From contig JBFMBX010000003.1 in the NCBI GenBank assembly GCA_040754815.1, positions 346,329 through 410,328 on the forward strand: a stretch of DNA of 64,000 bases, read 5' to 3'. This stretch comes from Chloroflexota bacterium (GTDB lineage: Bacteria > Chloroflexota > Anaerolineae > Anaerolineales > Anaerolineaceae). The notes beneath the pieces are model-generated. The model was not told where the DNA came from and made no database searches. It worked only from the letters and a program-made list of their open reading frames with translations. Shown in pieces: positions 58,135-64,000 of this stretch (its first letter is position 1; each line of letters begins with the position of its first letter). The position numbers and the translations under genes were made by a program.

Positions 58135-59342
58135 TTCACCGTTTCCCATTCGTGAGGCAGGTATGCAATCCCATTGATCTCGTTACCGCCCCTAACGATC
58201 AGGTGCGAAGCGTGGTTGACTCGATCATAAAATGTATATCCATCCGAATGGAATATAACCGCATCCAGTGTGTAGGCATTGGGTAAAAGATTGAAACAGG
58301 GAATAGCTATATCAATATATCCATCCCCTTCAAGGTAACCCGTGGAAATTCTATCCACATCCGAGCGTATTCCGGTTACCTGATATCCATTCAGAATGTG
58401 AATCACCACATTGAAGATTGGATTTTCAACCCGCTTGAAAGCTCGATAATAAAGGCGAATCTTAATTCCTTCCCCAACCCGAATTTCGTCCAGTTTTTCG
58501 TTTTGAGGATTCAAAATCTCCACTTTTTGAATTTTTATTTCCCCTGTTCCCCCACGAATGACATTGTCAAAATTTTTGTAGGTTTTCAATAATGAATCCC
58601 GATATACATCGATTGCTGTTTCTGTATCACCGTCATAAATTATTTGACCTTTTTCAAGAGTGATTGAGCGGTTACAGATGTGACTTATGGTGTGTAAATT
58701 GTGTGATACCAGAATAATTGCTACACCATTATTGCGTAGTTCCTGGATCCTTACCTGGCACTTGGTGCGAAATGCCAGATCTCCAACCGAAAGAACCTCA
58801 TCCACGAGAAGGATATCGGGCTCAAGAAAAGCGGCTACCGAAAATCCTAAACGTACGGTCATGCCCGAACTATAACTCTGAACCGGCATGTCTAAAAATT
58901 CACCAATGCCCGAAAAATCAACGATTTCATCAAATCGTTTCTTAATTTGCTCTTTTGAAAAACCCAGGAGTGAGGCATTGATAATGATATTTTCACGCCC
59001 GGTCAGCACCGGATTGAAGCCGGCCCCCAATGCGATTAAGGCTTGCACCCTGCCCCGAATCTCAATTTCTCCCTTATCCGGTTTTATCAAGCCCCCCAAC
59101 ATTCTTAATAAGGATGTTTTGCCTGCCCCATTATGACCAATCAGTCCAACGGTCTCACCGGCGTGCACCTGGAAACTGACATCTTTTACCGCCCAGAATT
59201 CATCTTTTCGTAATGCATCGTGGTTTTGATTGTTCCCTACCAGTTCCGCACCCAAATCCAGAACGCCATACCATAATGACCTTTTCAAACTGCGGCAAAA
59301 TTTTTTACTTACATGGTTGACTTTAATGACAGGGTTACTCAT
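58131..59342 (-). CDS. wzt: Wzt polysaccharide ABC ATPase with C-terminal carbohydrate-binding-type domain
   Basis: GHNGAGKT, YSSGM, VDEVLSVGD, VSH, and about 150 aa of Wzt_C-like extension. Confidence 0.93.
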   Translation of the reverse strand: MSNPVIKVNHVSKKFCRSLKRSLWYGVLDLGAELVGNNQNHDALRKDEFWAVKDVSFQVHAGETVGLIGHNGAGKTSLLRMLGGLIKPDKGEIEIRGRVQALIALGAGFNPVLTGRENIIINASLLGFSKEQIKKRFDEIVDFSGIGEFLDMPVQSYSSGMTVRLGFSVAAFLEPDILLVDEVLSVGDLAFRTKCQVRIQELRNNGVAIILVSHNLHTISHICNRSITLEKGQIIYDGDTETAIDVYRDSLLKTYKNFDNVIRGGTGEIKIQKVEILNPQNEKLDEIRVGEGIKIRLYYRAFKRVENPIFNVVIHILNGYQVTGIRSDVDRISTGYLEGDGYIDIAIPCFNLLPNAYTLDAVIFHSDGYTFYDRVNHASHLIVRGGNEINGIAYLPHEWETVK

Positions 59343-60202
59343 TATGATCCGATCTTTTCAATAATAATTGGCAGTGAAACCCGATATATGATCAGAGCGA
59401 TAAATGACGCGATCAGGAAAACGAAAGCAACGATTAGAAAGTTATTGAGATTGTTTATATACCCTACCGTCATCAAGTCCCTAATTCCCGTCAGGATTGG
59501 GCTTACGGGATTGATGACATTAAGAATGGAAAAGGGAAAGCGATCCGGAATGTTATAGACAACCGGCGTTGCAAAAAACAACAATTGGGTGAAGATTGGA
59601 AGTGAAGTGGAAATATCAGAATAGAGCATCCCAATGGGGGTTAAGAACAAACCCAGACACATGCCAATTAGAATTAATACCAGAATTGCAAATGGTGCCA
59701 TCAAAATAGCCCAGGTGGGTTGTATTCCAAAATACACAAAGACTACGATAATAATTGTCGCTCTAATCAAGGTGTTAAATACGACGAGATAGAAAGCAGA
59801 TAAGATTAATGCCTCGTGGGGAAAGTAAATCTTGACCAAAAAGGGCTTGGCGGCGATTGTAGCGCGCAGCGGGGCATTTAAACTATCGGTGAAGATTTGC
59901 CATAATGTTGTTCCAATTAATACATAAACCGGATAGGGGATTGAGGTTTCGCTAATTGATATAATGTTTCTTGATTGCAACAAAATAAAGATTAAAGAGG
60001 TTACAATCGGGGGAAAAAATGCCCAAAATATACCCAATAAACTCTGACGATATTGGGCAGAAATATCTCTGACAAAAATCCTCCAGGCCAAATCTTTGGA
60101 TTGAAACAAATTTTTTAGCAATTCTGATATCAATCTGGCAGGTTTTCTGATAGATGATTCAGCTTTATAAATAATTAAATCGTTTTCTAGTTCGCGATTC
60201 AT
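59342..60202 (-). CDS. wzm: Wzm polysaccharide ABC permease
   Basis: RDISAQYRQSLLGIFW, KIYFP, FFATPVVY, NP. Confidence 0.93.
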   Translation of the reverse strand: MNRELENDLIIYKAESSIRKPARLISELLKNLFQSKDLAWRIFVRDISAQYRQSLLGIFWAFFPPIVTSLIFILLQSRNIISISETSIPYPVYVLIGTTLWQIFTDSLNAPLRATIAAKPFLVKIYFPHEALILSAFYLVVFNTLIRATIIIVVFVYFGIQPTWAILMAPFAILVLILIGMCLGLFLTPIGMLYSDISTSLPIFTQLLFFATPVVYNIPDRFPFSILNVINPVSPILTGIRDLMTVGYINNLNNFLIVAFVFLIASFIALIIYRVSLPIIIEKIGS

Positions 60203-60241
60203 ATTAATCCTGTTTATTTATATCGGTTTTGATGATTATGG

Positions 60242-61759
60242 CTAACGACGTCCCTTTTTTCGATAATAGAAAACAATTGATACGATCACTACAACCGGAA
60301 AAATAATACTGAGATAAACAACCTCACCTGGGTTGCTGGGCGGGGAATTATTACTAAAATCAGGTATTGGAGAGGCTGATGGTTCGGAAGTGGAATCGGG
60401 TGATTCTGGTGTGAAAGTTGCCAATTCGGCAGACAAAGGTTGTATGGTGGGCCAGGGAGTTGGTAACAACGAGGGGGCATCCGTAATCGTTCCCGTCATC
60501 ACATTAATTTCATAAATTTGACTACCATACCATGCTGCAATAATGGTATTACCTCCTACAATTGTTACGGTAGGGTTGGTCATGTTGGTATCTTCTCCAT
60601 ATACTGTGGCGATTGCTGGTTTACTCCATCTTTCATCACCCAAATAAATACTATGCCATAAACCTAACCGATCACCGTAAACGTCATATCCCTCACGAAT
60701 TCGGTTAGCAATAAATACATGCAACCTGTTTAAACTATCTTTGGCAAATTGAACCGCCCCATTGTCGCCAATCAATGTTGGAAAGACATCATAAGGAGTA
60801 GTCCATGTTTTTCCGTGATCATAAGAATACATCACCCCCCGGTAAGCCCTGAACCCACCCTCCCAAATCGAGACCAGTTCACCCGGTCCCAGTAACGCAA
60901 AATTGTTCCAATCACGTTCATATTCGTTTTCCAACCGAACGCTCAATGGAAATGGATTAGCCCAGGTCACACCGTTGTCTTCTGAGTATGTGAAATAGAC
61001 AGCCTGTCCGTTTCCCGATTCATCCCACTCTGTCCAGGATAGATATATGTAATTCGGTGGCTCTAAAAGAATTTTTAGATTGCTTCCACCTCGTTTGGGG
61101 TCAGAAAATTTATAGATATCCCGAGGATAGGACCACGTTTCCCCTTTATCGGGAGAGGAAATATAAGTGATTGCCCTCCCTTCAATTCCACCCGTACCTC
61201 TTGCATAAATAACGTGCAAGCCTTGTTCGGGGTTATAAGCGATATCTGCTGAATATTGTTGACCGGTCAGATCTTCTGCCAGGCGGCTTGGACTGGATTC
61301 GGAGTTTAGCAATGTACCATTTCTCGAAAGAATTTGCTGATAATTTAAAGCATAGCGGGGAAAATTGGGGAGCGTCATCCAAATCAAATGAATGATGCCA
61401 TTTTCGTCAAAAACCCCACGAGGATACGTCGCAACGGGATTACCATCGCTCAAAGGAGAGAGATATAAATCAACAGGTTTTGTCCACGTTTGACCATTCC
61501 AGACGCTGTATAAAATTGTATCTGCACTGTTTCCCGGTGCGGGGCCGGTTTTTTCGGCCCAAAATAAATGTGCAAAACCAGCCGGGTCTGCCAGTAAAAA
61601 TGGGTCTGTAGATGTGGAGGGAGAGTTGGAAATATTAACCGGCGGTTGCCAGTTAATGTTAATTCCCTGAGCCTGTATCTTCATTTGAGGGCGAAAAAAT
61701 AAAGAGATACTTAATAAACAAACCATAAAGGTAATTAAATAATTTTTATAGATTTTCAT
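60242..61759 (-). CDS. Membrane-anchored BNR/Asp-box beta-propeller protein
   Basis: Signal peptide; Asp-boxes SPDKGETW, SEDNGVTW, SYDHGKTW; P/S/T-rich stalk; C-terminal TM followed by RKKGRR. Confidence 0.75.
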   Translation of the reverse strand: MKIYKNYLITFMVCLLSISLFFRPQMKIQAQGININWQPPVNISNSPSTSTDPFLLADPAGFAHLFWAEKTGPAPGNSADTILYSVWNGQTWTKPVDLYLSPLSDGNPVATYPRGVFDENGIIHLIWMTLPNFPRYALNYQQILSRNGTLLNSESSPSRLAEDLTGQQYSADIAYNPEQGLHVIYARGTGGIEGRAITYISSPDKGETWSYPRDIYKFSDPKRGGSNLKILLEPPNYIYLSWTEWDESGNGQAVYFTYSEDNGVTWANPFPLSVRLENEYERDWNNFALLGPGELVSIWEGGFRAYRGVMYSYDHGKTWTTPYDVFPTLIGDNGAVQFAKDSLNRLHVFIANRIREGYDVYGDRLGLWHSIYLGDERWSKPAIATVYGEDTNMTNPTVTIVGGNTIIAAWYGSQIYEINVMTGTITDAPSLLPTPWPTIQPLSAELATFTPESPDSTSEPSASPIPDFSNNSPPSNPGEVVYLSIIFPVVVIVSIVFYYRKKGRR

Positions 61760-61775
61760 TTCCGTTGCTTCATCA

Positions 61776-63998
61776 TCATGATGATTGCTTTAGCCACATT
61801 CGGTACACAGTTACCCCAACTATTAGAATGATTGAGAAAAATACACCGATCAAAATACCAATGGTTGGGTTAATCGTAAGTGATGGAGCCGGGTTTATAA
61901 ATTGAGTGGGCTGCAGGGTGGAAATTGTAGCTGGCTGAGTAGGAGTATTGATCTCCCCGGCATTCGCCTCATTTTCATTAGCCTCGATAATCGGTTGTGG
62001 CGTTTCAAGCATAGGTAGATCTTCAAGTTGCTGGGATGCAAAAATCAACTGATACTCTATGAGGTTTTCAGTCGTTGTAATGCCCAATGAGAAAACTGTT
62101 CCTAAAAATCCGGTTGGTGACATGACGAGGATGGGAGAAGTAAAATGAACGATAGGCTCAAATTCAATCTCTTTGGATGGTTTGGTTAGCCAGTCGTTTT
62201 CCCATGTTTGTTGTTGCAGGGAATATACATCATTTGCCAGGAGCATTTGAACCAGATGAATTCGGCCTGAAGAATCGGAAGTGATTGAAGGTGATCCAAT
62301 TAATTCCCCCAATAATGGGGACAAACTCTCGGTTTGCCAGTCTTCTCCGTTGGTCGATATTTGATGCCAGATTTCTTTTTGATTTTCATTAATTGCCAGC
62401 CAAAACCGATGTAGCGTACCGTTTGAACTCTCCAGAATTTGACTCCAAATGACCGGGTTTTGGCTTACCAGCTCGGGGGATGACCATGTCTTCCCACCAT
62501 CGGGCGAATGACGGTAGTATAGCCCAGTGGGGTATAAGTTATCTGACGAGATTTGGGAACTTCTCCACAAGAGGTGATACTGGTTTGAATTTGAAACCAC
62601 CAGTTGAGGATAACTTATCACGGCCGGCTCAATTTCACTTCCAGTCACTAATCCAATGGGCTGACTCCATGATGCTCCCCCATCATTTGATTCGGACAAA
62701 TAAACACCCCTATTCTCGTTCACGGGTACTGCATAAACAACAATAATCTTTCCGGTAGTATCGGTGATGAGGAACGGTGAATCGGCTCTATGGTCCGGTG
62801 ATGAGATTTTTACAGCAGTGCCCCAGGATGCAGGTATAATTGCCTGGTTGGCGGGGGATGACGAAAAATATATTTCTCCCTTAAAACCATCTTTCCATAC
62901 CAGTAAAAGAGAGTCACGTCGGGCATCGTAACCCGCAGAGATTTGATCGGTAAATTCATTTATTGCTCGTTGAATGGGAACTGGGGCCACCCATAGGCGT
63001 TTATCTTCCCATCGGGAATAAAATATGGTATTGCCGGGTAAATCTGAAATTCCTTCGCTCCCCTTGCTCCAAAATAAGTGGAGTTGTTGTTGTGCATCGG
63101 CAGTTAAAGAAATGGATGAAAAAGGAGTTTCACTAAATGTAATTGTTTCAAAAGAACTCCAGGAATTATCTTGTTCAAACCAGGATCCTATATCGCCGAG
63201 GCTTCTTTGCCTCCACCAGATATCACGTTGTTCCAGATCGGAGCCAATTAAATTCAGATATCCATTGTTATCAACCAGAACTTGCTGCTGGTTGAGCGTC
63301 AGGATTGAGCGTGTAGAAGGGTCAATGACCTGCAGCATTTCGGATTGTTGTTGTGATTTGCTCCACCGCGACCCATCCCATGCGGTTAGTGATACCTGGT
63401 CGCGATTTACCGTCGTCAATAGCAGGTACTGATTAAATTCCAATAACTGATTTGAGGTGGCGCAGCCGGGAACATCCTCCATCATTCTCTTCGGTGTGCT
63501 CCATGAGGTTCCAACATCTTCCGAAAATTGAAACGATTGAGCGCAACTGAAACCTGGCTGTCCGTCCTGATAAACCAGAATTATCTGGTTCCTTGAAATA
63601 CCAATTTGAATGTTGTAAGGGGTTGTTGCACTTGCTCTGGTTTTTTGACTTGCAATCTCGATGGGGGCTTCCCAGTTCGTTCCTCCATCTAAAGATCTGG
63701 CAAAATAAACTGTTTTTAATAGGCGATTATCCCATGCCAGAAAGAGTTGGGGGGCTGCCTCATTACTTGTGGCGGCAATTTGAACGTTTGCAGACCCTGC
63801 TTCCAGTGCCCTGAGATAACGAGAAGCGTAAATCAAAACAGGTGACTGCCAACTGGCACCAGCAGTAGTGGACTTTTGATAATAAACTCCGGCTGGTCTG
63901 TTTTCATCATCAGTTGATTGAATAAATGTTAAATGGATGCTTCCGTCGGAGGCGACCAGCGCATCAAATTCGGCGATGCCGTTTGTGAGGAGTACAGA
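61776..63998 (-). CDS. Large membrane-anchored BNR/Asp-box beta-propeller protein, 5' end beyond window
   Basis: Frame open to the window edge; Asp-boxes STTAGASW, SLDGGTNW, SEDVGTSW, SNDGGASW, SPDGGKTW; P/T-rich stalk and C-terminal TM. Confidence 0.75.
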   Translation of the reverse strand, partial: SVLLTNGIAEFDALVASDGSIHLTFIQSTDDENRPAGVYYQKSTTAGASWQSPVLIYASRYLRALEAGSANVQIAATSNEAAPQLFLAWDNRLLKTVYFARSLDGGTNWEAPIEIASQKTRASATTPYNIQIGISRNQIILVYQDGQPGFSCAQSFQFSEDVGTSWSTPKRMMEDVPGCATSNQLLEFNQYLLLTTVNRDQVSLTAWDGSRWSKSQQQSEMLQVIDPSTRSILTLNQQQVLVDNNGYLNLIGSDLEQRDIWWRQRSLGDIGSWFEQDNSWSSFETITFSETPFSSISLTADAQQQLHLFWSKGSEGISDLPGNTIFYSRWEDKRLWVAPVPIQRAINEFTDQISAGYDARRDSLLLVWKDGFKGEIYFSSSPANQAIIPASWGTAVKISSPDHRADSPFLITDTTGKIIVVYAVPVNENRGVYLSESNDGGASWSQPIGLVTGSEIEPAVISYPQLVVSNSNQYHLLWRSSQISSDNLYPTGLYYRHSPDGGKTWSSPELVSQNPVIWSQILESSNGTLHRFWLAINENQKEIWHQISTNGEDWQTESLSPLLGELIGSPSITSDSSGRIHLVQMLLANDVYSLQQQTWENDWLTKPSKEIEFEPIVHFTSPILVMSPTGFLGTVFSLGITTTENLIEYQLIFASQQLEDLPMLETPQPIIEANENEANAGEINTPTQPATISTLQPTQFINPAPSLTINPTIGILIGVFFSIILIVGVTVYRMWLKQSS

Positions 63999-64000
63999 GC

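Noticed and set aside
60242-63998. Calling the Asp-box proteins sialidases
   Set aside because: Asp-boxes are structural and occur in many propellers; the catalytic Arg triad/RIP motif was not seen
1-64000. CRISPR arrays, tRNA/rRNA, IS elements, integrases, prophage
   Set aside because: No regularly spaced direct repeats, cloverleaf patterns, transposase/integrase ORFs or phage genes recognised; nearly all sequence is accounted for by CDS

Overview
A gene-dense bacterial chromosome segment. It is most consistent with Chloroflexota (Anaerolineae-like); this is inferred from gene repertoire and the C-terminal IYLPLVKK motif, not from a marker gene. The left third holds: a 5'-truncated beta-helix surface protein, an Lrp-ptcA-permease-aguA agmatine deiminase cluster with no carbamate kinase, a heterodimeric ABC exporter, an uncharacterised cobalamin-binding enzyme paired with an opine dehydrogenase, grx-groES, a GGDEF/EAL sensor, a CPBP-kinase-regulator trio and htrA. 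From about 26.8 kb to the window end is one minus-strand cell-surface glycan locus with wzm/wzt, wzc, an O-antigen ligase/polymerase-like gene, about 10 GT2/GT4 enzymes, 2 GT-C enzymes, 3 sulfotransferases, gmhB and Asp-box propeller proteins. The standout is a cassette inside this locus (39.1-47.0 kb): a PltA-like flavin halogenase, a PltL-like carrier protein, a PltF-like proline-type adenylation enzyme, a cation:proton antiporter and three acyltransferase-3 paralogs. It suggests a surface glycan acylated with a halogenated pyrrole or proline-derived group. No rRNA, tRNA, CRISPR array or transposase was recognised. All family calls come from motif recognition and recalled sequences; no database search was run.
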